Assembly (NCBI GenBank): GCA_050261115.1
Contig: JBLNCY010000037.1
Coordinates: 1-15,425 of the forward strand
DNA: 15,425 bases
Direction of reading: 5' to 3'
From: Methanocella sp.
GTDB taxonomy: Archaea > Thermoproteota > Bathyarchaeia > Bathyarchaeales > Bathycorpusculaceae
Below, piece after piece: positions 1-8,072 of the stretch. Below the pieces are notes generated by a model. The model was not told where the DNA came from. It did no database searches and worked only from the letters and a program-made list of their open reading frames with translations. The stretch's first letter is position 1; each line of letters begins with the position of its first letter. Made by a program: the position numbers and the translations under genes.

Positions 1-181
1 CAAAGAGGAAAGGAACTATAATCAGAGGAATCATAAGTAGGGAGAGAAAAATCATGAATTTGTCAGAGAAAACTGCGTTGACAACTTCTCGGATGTCTTC
101 TCGGGGGTCGCTGTTTGGCACAAAGAGGGAGCGTGGTAGAATTTCGGTGTTTAGGTCTTTGGAGCGTTGTCTGTTGGGCAT
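1..181 (-). CDS. N-terminal fragment of a membrane protein (runs off the window start); possibly an ion-transport-domain protein
   Basis: Not in the ORF track. From ATG at 181 on the minus strand the frame is open to the edge: MPNRQRSKDLNTEILPRSLFVPNSDPREDIREVVNAVFSDKFMIFLSLLMIPLIIVPFLF. It ends in a hydrophobic helix, has the same A/C-rich codon style as top6A, and starts 61 bp downstream of it. Confidence 0.6.
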   Translation of the reverse strand, partial: MPNRQRSKDLNTEILPRSLFVPNSDPREDIREVVNAVFSDKFMIFLSLLMIPLIIVPFLF

Positions 182-242
182 TGGGGGTCGTTAGCGTTAA
201 ACTGGTGGATTACTTGATAAAGTTTGCTTTTAGCGCCATGCC

Positions 243-1367
243 TCAGGAGTGTTTCTTGCCTGTTTTACGTGGGGCTTCTTTAGGCTTCTGCTCAAGCTTA
301 GCCGGCAGGTATTCATCGACGATGTAGGTTAAACCGTATCTGCTGAAAGCTTCAAGCTCGGTTTTGCGTTTGATTTTTTGGAAGACTTTGATTTCGCGTT
401 GCCAGACGGGGTCGGTTTGGTAGCGGGGGTCTTTTTGTAGTTCGGTTAGGCGTTTGAGGTCAACTTCGTCTAGGGGGTCGGTGGGGAGTTTGTAGTCAAC
501 GATGTCGCTTGCCCACACGCCGCTCCAGACTGCGTCGGGGGTGTTTAGGTCTCGGAGGTGGGCGGCGTTGGCTGATCCGGAGATGATGACTTGGGCGATG
601 TGCATGCCCCAGGGGTCGCCGTCGGTTAATATGAAAACGGGTAGCTCGAGTTCGTCGTGGAGTCTGCGGATGAAGCTGCGGGTTTGTCGAGGTGCTTGGC
701 CACCGCAGGAGATGAGGAGCGCTTTGTGTTTGCTGTGTACGCTTTCTTCGATGAATCGGGTGAAGAGTGCGCCTTTCTCGATGGCTATGACGATTTCAGC
801 GCTGGTTTTTAGGAACTCTGAGGAGGTTATGGCTGGCCCGATTAGGACACCGTCGGGGTGGCTGGTCAAGTTTACGCTTTTTCCCTCATATCCGGGGACG
901 GTATAGCCGATGTCGAGGTCGCCAAATATTGCGCTGCGTTCTTCTGGGAATATGCTGAAATCTTCGCGCGCATACCCGGTGAGGGTTTCTAGGTCGGTGA
1001 TGATGTTGTTGGATTCCTGTTGGTCTTGGAAGGTCATCTCGTAGGCTTGCGCGGAGTAGTAGACATCTCTTAAGGTGGAGGTTTTGCGTTGACTGGTAAG
1101 CTCGTTACTAAATAGTGCGACCCAAGCGAGTTGTGTAAAGGGTTTGATGTGGCGGATGTTACGTGTGCTTCTGCCGACGCTTTTTTCACCTAGGATGTAT
1201 TGGCGTGTGGCGGGGTCGTAGGCGATATTTTCAGTTGAGCGGCTTGGCATGTTTACAGATGGGAAGACGCCTTGATCGAGTTGATGGTAGATGTCGGCTC
1301 CGAAGCGTCTCAACCTGTTTATGACTTCTTGTTTTCGCTCGGTGATTTTAATTTTCTTCTGTTCCAT
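243..1367 (-). CDS. top6A: DNA topoisomerase VI subunit A (Spo11 homologue)
   Basis: 5Y-CAP motif STLRDVYY (catalytic Tyr), Toprim motifs AIEK and LTDGDPWG, C-terminal KTELEAF. ATG at 1367 preferred over GTG at 1379; it overlaps the top6B stop by 20 nt. Confidence 0.97.
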   Translation of the reverse strand: MEQKKIKITERKQEVINRLRRFGADIYHQLDQGVFPSVNMPSRSTENIAYDPATRQYILGEKSVGRSTRNIRHIKPFTQLAWVALFSNELTSQRKTSTLRDVYYSAQAYEMTFQDQQESNNIITDLETLTGYAREDFSIFPEERSAIFGDLDIGYTVPGYEGKSVNLTSHPDGVLIGPAITSSEFLKTSAEIVIAIEKGALFTRFIEESVHSKHKALLISCGGQAPRQTRSFIRRLHDELELPVFILTDGDPWGMHIAQVIISGSANAAHLRDLNTPDAVWSGVWASDIVDYKLPTDPLDEVDLKRLTELQKDPRYQTDPVWQREIKVFQKIKRKTELEAFSRYGLTYIVDEYLPAKLEQKPKEAPRKTGKKHS

Positions 1368-2874
1368 ACTTCTGCACACTCTTTAGTAGTTTGTCTATGT
1401 CAGGCTTTCGGGTTTCGCCGGCGAGGGTGGTTGAGAATTCAGCGATTTTGGGCAGGTACTTGCTGAATATGCCTAGGCGTTTCTTTTCGTTGTGTACGTG
1501 TTCTTGTCGGGCTAGGAAGTGCTGGATTTGTCGTGCTACTTCGCGGATTGCGTTTGCTTCTTCCCGTCGGACTTCGGGTCGGTCGGAGATGAATTCTTTG
1601 CCGACGGTTTTGTAAGGTACTTTTGTGCTGCATATGTGGACTACGATGGCGATTGGCATTTCGGGTTGGACTTTGTAGCGTTTCCAGTTCATGTTGGAGA
1701 TTACTCGGTAAGCTACGTCGCTTGCTTCATCGTAGAGCAGCGGGATCTTGTTGGCGAAGCGATAGATGACAAAGCTGTCGCGTTTGGGTACGCCTCCGCC
1801 GTACGCCATCGCCATTTCGACGATGAAGGGGTGTCCTTCGTAGGTGGAGGGTTTTCTTTGATGCACCACAAGGAACTCGGGGTTTAGTTCCTTCATTACA
1901 CCTGCCTTGAGGAGCTCTTCGCCTAAGGGTGAGAGGCAGCTTGCGTCGGGGGGTAGGAAGTCTTTGTATTTTTTGAGGTTCTGCATTAAGCGTACGATTT
2001 CTTCGTGGGTTAGCTTTTTGGGGTTTTTGGAGGCGGGGATTTTGGCGAATTCGAGGAATTTCTGGGCTGTGATCTCGCCGACTCGGTGGAAGTGCTGCCT
2101 CAAAAAGCCCGTCATGGTGGTGCATTCGGTGATTTGGATGAGGCGTTGAAGTAACTCTACGTCCACGCCATAGGGGTGGGGCATGGTTTCCTTGGGGGGT
2201 TCGGGCATTGTAGTGGTTGCCCTTTTGAACTTGTAGAGCCTGCCCTTTGGATCCACAAAGGTTAGGTTCGCATACGGGTTTACCATTGCGGTTTGTTTGA
2301 AGTACTCAATGATTTTGGGCATGGCGCGCAGGTAGTCGCCTTCGAGAGTGAATTCGATGATAGTGCCATGCCAGTTATCCTTGTTTATGAGGACTTTGCG
2401 ATCCAAAATTATGGGTTTGTTCCGCTGGATGTCAATCATTAATTTGAAGCTGTAAATCTTTTCTTGCCCAGTGCTCGAGGTGACGGAGACTGGCTGGTGA
2501 GTGGTGATTTGCCCATATAGCACCGCCATTTTACCGCCCAACCCAAAGGTTCCGCGTGCCTGCTTTAGTTTGTATTTGCTGCCATAGAGGACTTGGCCAA
2601 ACGCGGATGGGATGAAGCGTGGGGGGATGCCGCATCCGTTGTCTTCGACGCGGAGCTTGTAGACTTGGGTGTCTTTGGTTGCTTCTGACTCAAACGATAA
2701 GCGGACGTATATATCGGGGGGGATTTTTTGGCTCTCTGCAGCGTCAAGGCTGTTTTCTACGGCTTCGCGTATGGCGACAAAGATGCTACGTGAGGGGTTT
2801 GATAAGCCTGCAATGTCACGGTTCCTGTAGAAAAAGTCGGATGCACTCATCTCTTCGAAGGTTGCTTGAGACAC
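1348..2874 (-). CDS. top6B: DNA topoisomerase VI subunit B (GHKL ATPase)
   Basis: GHKL motifs REAVENSLDA, VEDNGCGI, GSKY...RGTFGLG, GTIIE; H2TH region; transducer motifs RFANKIPLLYD and STKVPYKTVGKE. GTG start with GGTG Shine-Dalgarno-like sequence upstream. Confidence 0.97.
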   Translation of the reverse strand: MSQATFEEMSASDFFYRNRDIAGLSNPSRSIFVAIREAVENSLDAAESQKIPPDIYVRLSFESEATKDTQVYKLRVEDNGCGIPPRFIPSAFGQVLYGSKYKLKQARGTFGLGGKMAVLYGQITTHQPVSVTSSTGQEKIYSFKLMIDIQRNKPIILDRKVLINKDNWHGTIIEFTLEGDYLRAMPKIIEYFKQTAMVNPYANLTFVDPKGRLYKFKRATTTMPEPPKETMPHPYGVDVELLQRLIQITECTTMTGFLRQHFHRVGEITAQKFLEFAKIPASKNPKKLTHEEIVRLMQNLKKYKDFLPPDASCLSPLGEELLKAGVMKELNPEFLVVHQRKPSTYEGHPFIVEMAMAYGGGVPKRDSFVIYRFANKIPLLYDEASDVAYRVISNMNWKRYKVQPEMPIAIVVHICSTKVPYKTVGKEFISDRPEVRREEANAIREVARQIQHFLARQEHVHNEKKRLGIFSKYLPKIAEFSTTLAGETRKPDIDKLLKSVQKYGTEEN

Positions 2875-3140
2875 TTGCTGCTTACACCACTTTCCCCGTA
2901 ATCGTTTTGGAATGCTTACTATATTTGCTTGGGGTTCTTTAAGTTAACTGCACTGTAAAGTTAAACGCCATGTGTCTTTTCGCTCACAGGACAATGCATG
3001 GATGGAGAATTTTGCACCATAAGTAGCAATTATGATACCGCTCTTCTGCTGTTTAAGCCTAAAAATGAATATTTTGCCCACACATAGACAAATAGCTGGC
3101 CCGATAAGGACAACTTTAATGTTTTAACCGTTTAAGTGTA

Positions 3141-3271
3141 GACCTGCCCTCGCAGGGTAGCGCCGCCACACGTAAACCCCTTGGGGTTCCTTCGGAATCT
3201 AAGGAAGCGAAGGGCACCCACTCAGCTTCAAGCATTGTTAACAAGAACGGCCCCCTCTTTCTTACTTTTTT
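3141..3271 (+). ncRNA. Candidate structured small RNA of unassigned family
   Basis: GC-rich island in an AT-richer intergenic region. Hairpins at 3144-3160 (CUGCCCU/AGGGUAG) and 3179-3204 (CCUUGG-G-GUUCC/GGAAU-CUAAGG); their non-Watson-Crick pairs are G-U only on the + strand. TATA-like TTTAAT about 25 nt upstream (3115-3120) and a U-rich tract at 3256-3271. Confidence 0.55.
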
Positions 3272-3693
3272 AGTAGGCATCGAAAAACCAGTTAACAGAA
3301 AGCAATAGACCTTCTCCAGCGATGCGGTGTACCCACCAAAATGAAAGCAGTTTGAGTAAACTATTATTGTACGCAGCTTCATAGGGTACCTATAACAAGT
3401 ACAGAAACGTTGACGTGTAAGTTTGCACTTAGTCAAAGTATGCTAGGGGAGCATTTTTTGTCTGGAGCAGTTGTGCAGCTAACCATTAACCTACCCGCAG
3501 CCACACAGCCCTCAGTACCCAAAACCAACAAACACCTAGACACATCCAACTGCTTCTTGGCGGTTGTTGAGTATATATAAGGGAGGGGGGTCTCTGTGAG
3601 AGCAACAGAAGCGCCAGCCACCCATCCACGGGAGCAAGCTGTGTAGGCATAAAGGAAAATAAGCTCCAGTCGCACCTACTGCATGGAACTGTT

Positions 3694-4221
3694 ATGTTAG
3701 AAGACTTCAACTTAATCGCCACTACAGCCCGCGGCAACGAACGCGCCATGAGCCATGAACTCTACTATCTACTCAAAGACGAACTAGACGATGCCGAAGC
3801 CAAAACCAGCACCACCATGGTACGCGGCTTAATCGTGGGCAAAACAAGCCTTAACCCGCTAGAGGTTATGGAGAAATTCCGCGCCATCCTAAACGAGCGC
3901 CCCTACATGTTCCGCTATGCCCTGCGCATCGTACCCATACAGAAAGTCGTGCCAACAGAACCTGAGGCCATCAAAAAAGCCGCCGCCGAGTTAGCCACCA
4001 AAATGACCGCCGAGGAATCATTTAGGGTAACCGTGGAGAAGCGTTTCACCGAAGTCCACTCTAAAGACATAATCGAAGCAGCCGTCGGCGACATCCCAAA
4101 CAAAGTCGACCTCCACAACCCCAACTGGATCATACAAGTCGAAGTCATAGGCAACCTAACAGGCGTCTCCCTAATCGGCCCCAACGACGTTTTAGCTGTT
4201 GTTAAGGAAAAGATGCTCTAA
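3694..4221 (+). CDS. Stand-alone THUMP-domain RNA-binding protein (Tan1/THUMPD1-like)
   Basis: N-terminal ferredoxin-like part (FNLIATTARGNE) plus THUMP core (LRIVPIQ...SFRVTVEKR...KVDLHNPNWIIQVEVIG..TGVSLI); 175 aa with no catalytic domain. Confidence 0.88.
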   Translation: MLEDFNLIATTARGNERAMSHELYYLLKDELDDAEAKTSTTMVRGLIVGKTSLNPLEVMEKFRAILNERPYMFRYALRIVPIQKVVPTEPEAIKKAAAELATKMTAEESFRVTVEKRFTEVHSKDIIEAAVGDIPNKVDLHNPNWIIQVEVIGNLTGVSLIGPNDVLAVVKEKML

Positions 4222-4775
4222 ACCTGCGTTGAAAGCAGCGCCACACGCTCAACTACCAGCGCCACCAGAGCCTGCTCAACAGAGCCCTTGATGGTTTGTA
4301 TCTCTATGGGGCTGATTTCAAACGCCGCCTGAATCTTTAGCTGCTTATCTGCGTTTAGCTCAAGCACAGAATCATCCGGCATACAACCCAAACAATCCGA
4401 CAGCGCCCCAAGCTGAGCGGCCACAGCATCCGCATCATCCCCAACAATAACCACCGCCATATTCCTACTCTGGGGCTTAATGCCGATGTGCTCGATTGCC
4501 CGCTGAATCTGCCGCTTAGCAGACGCAAAAAGCATCAACTCCACCGCCACACTCTTAGTAATATTAGTTTTGACACGGAAAGCCTGCAACGCGTTTAAGG
4601 TGGCAAAGTAGAGGTGCTCATATGTTGCGATGAGGTCGGCGTCGAAGATTTGTAGTTCGATGTGGTTGATTTGTTTTCGGCAGGTTTTGAGGAAGGCTTC
4701 GGCTCTGGAGAAGTCGATTTGGCGAAAACCCGTTATCTCAGCGCACTTGCCGTATTCTAAGAAGTGGTGTAGCAT
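4218..4775 (-). CDS. cgi121: KEOPS complex subunit Cgi121
   Basis: QIFDADLIATYEHLYFA..NALQAF, NITKSVAVELMLFASAKRQIQRAI..IGIK and a terminal VVERVALL match the Cgi121/TPRKB pattern. Its ATG overlaps the upstream PRTase stop (TAATG). Confidence 0.92.
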   Translation of the reverse strand: MLHHFLEYGKCAEITGFRQIDFSRAEAFLKTCRKQINHIELQIFDADLIATYEHLYFATLNALQAFRVKTNITKSVAVELMLFASAKRQIQRAIEHIGIKPQSRNMAVVIVGDDADAVAAQLGALSDCLGCMPDDSVLELNADKQLKIQAAFEISPIEIQTIKGSVEQALVALVVERVALLSTQV

Positions 4776-5377
4776 TAGGGTTTCTCCTGCATGGTTGCCA
4801 GTAGCCTATCCGCTATATGCTGAGGGAAACCTGCGTCTATGAGTTTTGCTATCTCCCGATTGACCTCGCCTCGCTCTTTGTGTGCCCGAATAATCTCGCA
4901 AAGCACCTCACGGGTTTCCCAAGGAAAAATAACCCAACTTCGTGTCTCCTTGGCATAAAACTCGGGCCTAACGATGCTACCCGGCTTAAAGTAGAGCACC
5001 GCAATACGCATCTCAGCTGCACCCTGCGAGAGCAAATAGTCCTTAGCCAATTCCAGACTCCGCCCTGAATCCGCAAGGTCATCAACCAAAAGAACCCGCC
5101 GCCCAGTCACCGACAAAGCCAAACCCTGCCGCAGCACAGGCGCCGCCGACGTCTCGCCTAGACCAACATAAAACTCAACCTGCACAGCGCCAAGTAGGGG
5201 CACCTCAAGCAAATCCACCAACACCCGTGCCGGAACCACGCCACCCCGAATAATACCCACCACCACCTCAGGCCGAAAACCCGACTCCTCAATTTGCTCC
5301 ATCAAAGACAACAACATATCGTAAACTTGATTCCAGTTGGGAACCTCATACTGATTAACACTAACCAAGGCGGGCAT
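4775..5377 (-). CDS. Type I phosphoribosyltransferase, probably purine (hypoxanthine/xanthine/guanine) salvage
   Basis: PRPP-binding loop VLLVDDLADSGRSL, VGIIRGGVVPA, C-terminal WVIFPWE. Start uncertain (5425, 5377 or 5368). Confidence 0.88.
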   Translation of the reverse strand: MPALVSVNQYEVPNWNQVYDMLLSLMEQIEESGFRPEVVVGIIRGGVVPARVLVDLLEVPLLGAVQVEFYVGLGETSAAPVLRQGLALSVTGRRVLLVDDLADSGRSLELAKDYLLSQGAAEMRIAVLYFKPGSIVRPEFYAKETRSWVIFPWETREVLCEIIRAHKERGEVNREIAKLIDAGFPQHIADRLLATMQEKP

Positions 5378-5571
5378 CTCCGTATGGTTGAGGATGCCCC
5401 TGAATCTGTTAAGCCTTTCGCCCACCCGACCATTAACCCGGCCATATTACGTTTGATACTCCAAACCCCAGACACATGTGCAGTCAATGCCCAAAAAACA
5501 TACAGCATTCACATTTATTAAGCGCAAGTCTAAATATTGTTCTTCGGTTAATCGGCGTCTGATGATATGTT

Positions 5572-5601
5572 TCGTAATTCGCAATATAATTTATATTACG
5601 A
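5572..5601. promoter_or_regulatory. Palindromic operator overlapping a TATA-like box upstream of the wHTH gene
   Basis: TCGCAATATAA-T-TTATATTACGA (5579-5601) is a 23-nt palindrome with one mismatch. An extra half-site TCGTAAT lies at 5572-5578. TTTATATT at 5590-5597 is about 45 nt upstream of ATG 5640. Confidence 0.6.
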
Positions 5602-5639
5602 GACGCCACCTATACACTAAACAAAAGGAGAACCAACAA

Positions 5640-5975
5640 ATGGTGAAAAATGTGGACGAAGAGAAGATTAAACGCATACTGACCGACGAAAAATCAGCAG
5701 CCATCAAAGCCATACTCGAAAAAGACCACGCAATCGACTGCCTACTCCTACTCCATCTAAACCGCGGCAAATGGAAAGACGCAAAAGACTTCATGCGCGA
5801 AAACAAACTCACCCTAAGCGACGGAACCTTCAGAGCAAGAATGATCGAAATCGAATCCTTAGGCCTAGCAAAAAGCGAACGCATCGACCCACTCAAAAAA
5901 TACTACAAAAAAACCGAATTAGGCGAAAAAATCGCACAACTACTTCTCGAGTTCTTCGAAAAAATAGAAGACTAA
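5640..5975 (+). CDS. Winged helix-turn-helix protein (HxlR/ArsR-like transcription regulator)
   Basis: ATG 5640 preceded by AAGGAG. LSDGTFRARMIEIESLGL followed by the wing KKYYKKTELGEKIA resembles the wHTH recognition helix and Y-x-LT-x-x-G motif. The ORF-track start at 5478 runs through promoter DNA. Confidence 0.75.
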   Translation: MVKNVDEEKIKRILTDEKSAAIKAILEKDHAIDCLLLLHLNRGKWKDAKDFMRENKLTLSDGTFRARMIEIESLGLAKSERIDPLKKYYKKTELGEKIAQLLLEFFEKIED

Positions 5976-6117
5976 CAACCGTACTTCCCAAATTTTCTGG
6001 GCGTTTCCCTTTTTGTGATGGCTTTTTGTTGTTTTGTTCTATAGAACAAAAGTATCATGTATTGAGACGTAGTAGGATAAATCTATTCCAAGGGAACACA
6101 CCACAAAACATGACAAA

Positions 6118-6560
6118 ATGAAAACAACGAAAATTTAGTCCGAAAATTAAGAACCCGAAAGGCCAAAGCCCAGTCAGATCATCAATTATTCTCATCGCCG
6201 TTACAGTCAGCGTCGTCGCAGCATTAATGGGCGGAATGACTACCGGATTGAGGGAAAAGCAGAACAAGTTTTTGTCACAAACTATTTTCGACCTCGCAGG
6301 CACCAGCATTACCATTGATGTCAGAACACTAGAACAGCCCGTAACTTTAAGCTCAGCAACCATTAATGGCGCACCAGCAAGCATAGTAGGAGTAATGTAA
6401 TGCCAGAAACAGAACCAACGCATGACCCAACCCAAACTGCCAGTGAATTGATGAACATTGGAAAAGGTGAGACCGAGTGATTCACCCATGATGCCCCAGG
6501 AGCAGGCTTTAGCCCAGGTGCTCAATGCTATATCAAATTAGTCATAGCTAAAGGTACAAT
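6118..6560 (+). pseudogene. Decayed archaeal type IV pilin (class III signal peptide) gene
   Basis: KG-QSPVRSSIILIAVTVSVVAALMGGMT from 6158 resembles a class III signal peptide plus N-terminal helix. ATG 6118 is out of frame (TAG at 6136). Further pilin-like pieces lie in different frames (GKAEQV, TLSSATING, FSPGAQCYIKLVIAKG), with stops at 6398 and 6478. Confidence 0.7.
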
Positions 6561-6792
6561 AGTCGACGTACTCCACAAGGAGACAATAGCAGAGTATGCA
6601 ATGTTGTCGGCTGAAATTTTAGATTCCACAAACGAAATAACCAATCAGTTTAGGTTAACGGATATTGAGAGCGTACTTGTAGAGGGCCGAGATATGAAGG
6701 TGCTTTGCAGGGAGTTGACCGGGAACCGTATAGTGGTCTTTATGGATAAAACCTGTGCGCACACCTGGATAGCTAAGAGAATACTGCCCTAG
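6559..6792 (+). pseudogene. C-terminal fragment of a roadblock/LC7-like small protein, N-terminus apparently lost
   Basis: IVDVLHKETIAEYAMLSAEILDSTNEITNQFRLTDIESVLVEGRDMKVLCRELTGNRIVVFMDK has the long helix then three beta strands pattern of the roadblock fold (IESVLVEG). The frame is open from 6481, but the first start codon is at 6601. Confidence 0.5.
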
Positions 6793-7067
6793 CCCTGCTT
6801 AACAAGTAATGCATTCAGCCGAGTTAAAATTTAAAAACAGTCAGTCAATTATTCTGTTGGATAATGAGCCTAATTTTTGGCTATCTCCTAAAGGCAAAGC
6901 ATCGTTTAAAGCTGCTGCATAAGAATTTCCGTTCTAACCTTGCAGAATAGAGAACCGCAAAGCAGCAATTTGATCCCATTGCTTTTACAGCGCCTGCTAA
7001 AGCAGATCTGCCCCATTACAAATAGGATTGAAAACCAGCGGCCTTCAACAAGGTCTGCCGCGGTTTC

Positions 7068-7457
7068 TTGCCAATTCTTAGGCTTCAACCAAGGAGGACT
7101 ATTTTGTCAGAAACTCGATATGTTGCGAGTTTGATGCTTGTTCTGATGGGTTCTATGGATTGCCTAACAACAGTTGTTGGAACAGTATATTTTGGCGCTC
7201 AAGAACTCAACCCTCTAGTCGCCGGCTTGATCTACACCAACTTGCATGCGTTTGTCTTTGTAAAGCTGGCGGTAACGGTTGGTGTAGGGGTTGCCTTTGT
7301 TTGGATAGAGCGAACCCTCCTGCGCACCGTTGTCCGAGACAAGGCCTTTAGGGCAATTCATACCACCTTTAGGGTCGCTTCAATCGGAATGATCACCTTT
7401 CTTTCCATAGTAGTAATTAACAACTTTATTGTTCTGTTGAGAACAGCTATTCCCTAA
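7068..7457 (+). CDS. Small membrane protein, probably DUF5658 family
   Basis: Three hydrophobic segments with D-x-x-TT...G-A-x-E-x-N-P, FVKL and a terminal VVINN motif. TTG start is uncertain. Confidence 0.65.
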   Translation: MPILRLQPRRTILSETRYVASLMLVLMGSMDCLTTVVGTVYFGAQELNPLVAGLIYTNLHAFVFVKLAVTVGVGVAFVWIERTLLRTVVRDKAFRAIHTTFRVASIGMITFLSIVVINNFIVLLRTAIP

Positions 7458-7508
7458 ATAGAGAAGGGCTTAAAGCATCCCGCACATAACCAGTAAGCAG
7501 GGAATGCT

Positions 7509-8072
7509 TTGGCACGTGAATTTGTACTATTTTCGCGGATGGGAAAAACCGATCCCAACTTCCAAAGTCTACATGATGCAGGACGCTTAGACATAGTCCA
7601 TGAATGCATAGTAAGCAGTCTTTTCCTATCACATGGAATACGCCGTGACGTAAACTTCCACGCCGTCCTTAACGGTCCACCCAACCCGCCAGTGCATATC
7701 CAAATCGACGGTGAAACCCTCTACGATGTCCGCACCGATATGGAAACATGGCAACAAATCCTCAAAAAAACACTTGCAGGCAAAGCCCATCCGGGGATAA
7801 CACGAGACAGAACGGCTTTTGAAACTTTAATGAAAGCTAAAGCGCAGACGCACCAAGTGTACGTTCTTGAGGAAGATGGCAAAGACATCGGCAAGATTGA
7901 GTTTTCAAAGAATAGCCTTTTTGTTTTAGGGGACCATGTGGGGCTACCAAAGAAGGCAGAAGAGTATGCGTTACGGTTTGGTGAGAAAATCAGTTTAGGC
8001 AAAGCACCCTACCTTGCTAAGGCATGTATCACAATAATCAACTATACTTTGGACCGGCAGATTGGCTCTTGA
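7509..8072 (+). CDS. trmY: tRNA (pseudouridine54-N1)-methyltransferase, SPOUT family
   Basis: AGRLDIV...SSLFLSHGIRRD, VLEEDGKDI, FVLGDHVGL and KISLG...YLA..CITII are TrmY signature motifs. Confidence 0.9.
   Translation: MAREFVLFSRMGKTDPNFQSLHDAGRLDIVHECIVSSLFLSHGIRRDVNFHAVLNGPPNPPVHIQIDGETLYDVRTDMETWQQILKKTLAGKAHPGITRDRTAFETLMKAKAQTHQVYVLEEDGKDIGKIEFSKNSLFVLGDHVGLPKKAEEYALRFGEKISLGKAPYLAKACITIINYTLDRQIGS

Noticed and set aside
3140-3216. Cobalamin riboswitch (AGACCTGCC) or HDV-like ribozyme (CCTCGC...GCGAA) reading of the structured element
   Set aside because: Upstream B12-box elements are absent, and the nested P1/P1.1/P3 double pseudoknot of HDV ribozymes could not be built.
3596-3640. 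GCAACAGAAG and CCACGGGAGCAAG resemble internal RNase P RNA motifs
   Set aside because: No GAGGAAAGUCC-like 5' P4 strand or ACAGAA..GGCUUA 3' strand at suitable distances, and the two motifs are too close together.
3572-3690. G-run and TCCAGT/TGGAAC fragments as origin recognition boxes
   Set aside because: No complete or repeated ORB consensus and no cdc6/orc1 gene in the window.
3116-3749. Minus-strand ORFs 3116-3436, 3433-3675 and 3486-3749
   Set aside because: No recognisable motifs, atypical Cys/Arg/Trp-rich composition, weak starts; they overlap the RNA candidate or the THUMP gene.
6055-6525. 156-aa minus-strand ORF
   Set aside because: Antisense shadow of the + strand pilin remnant, with no family motifs.
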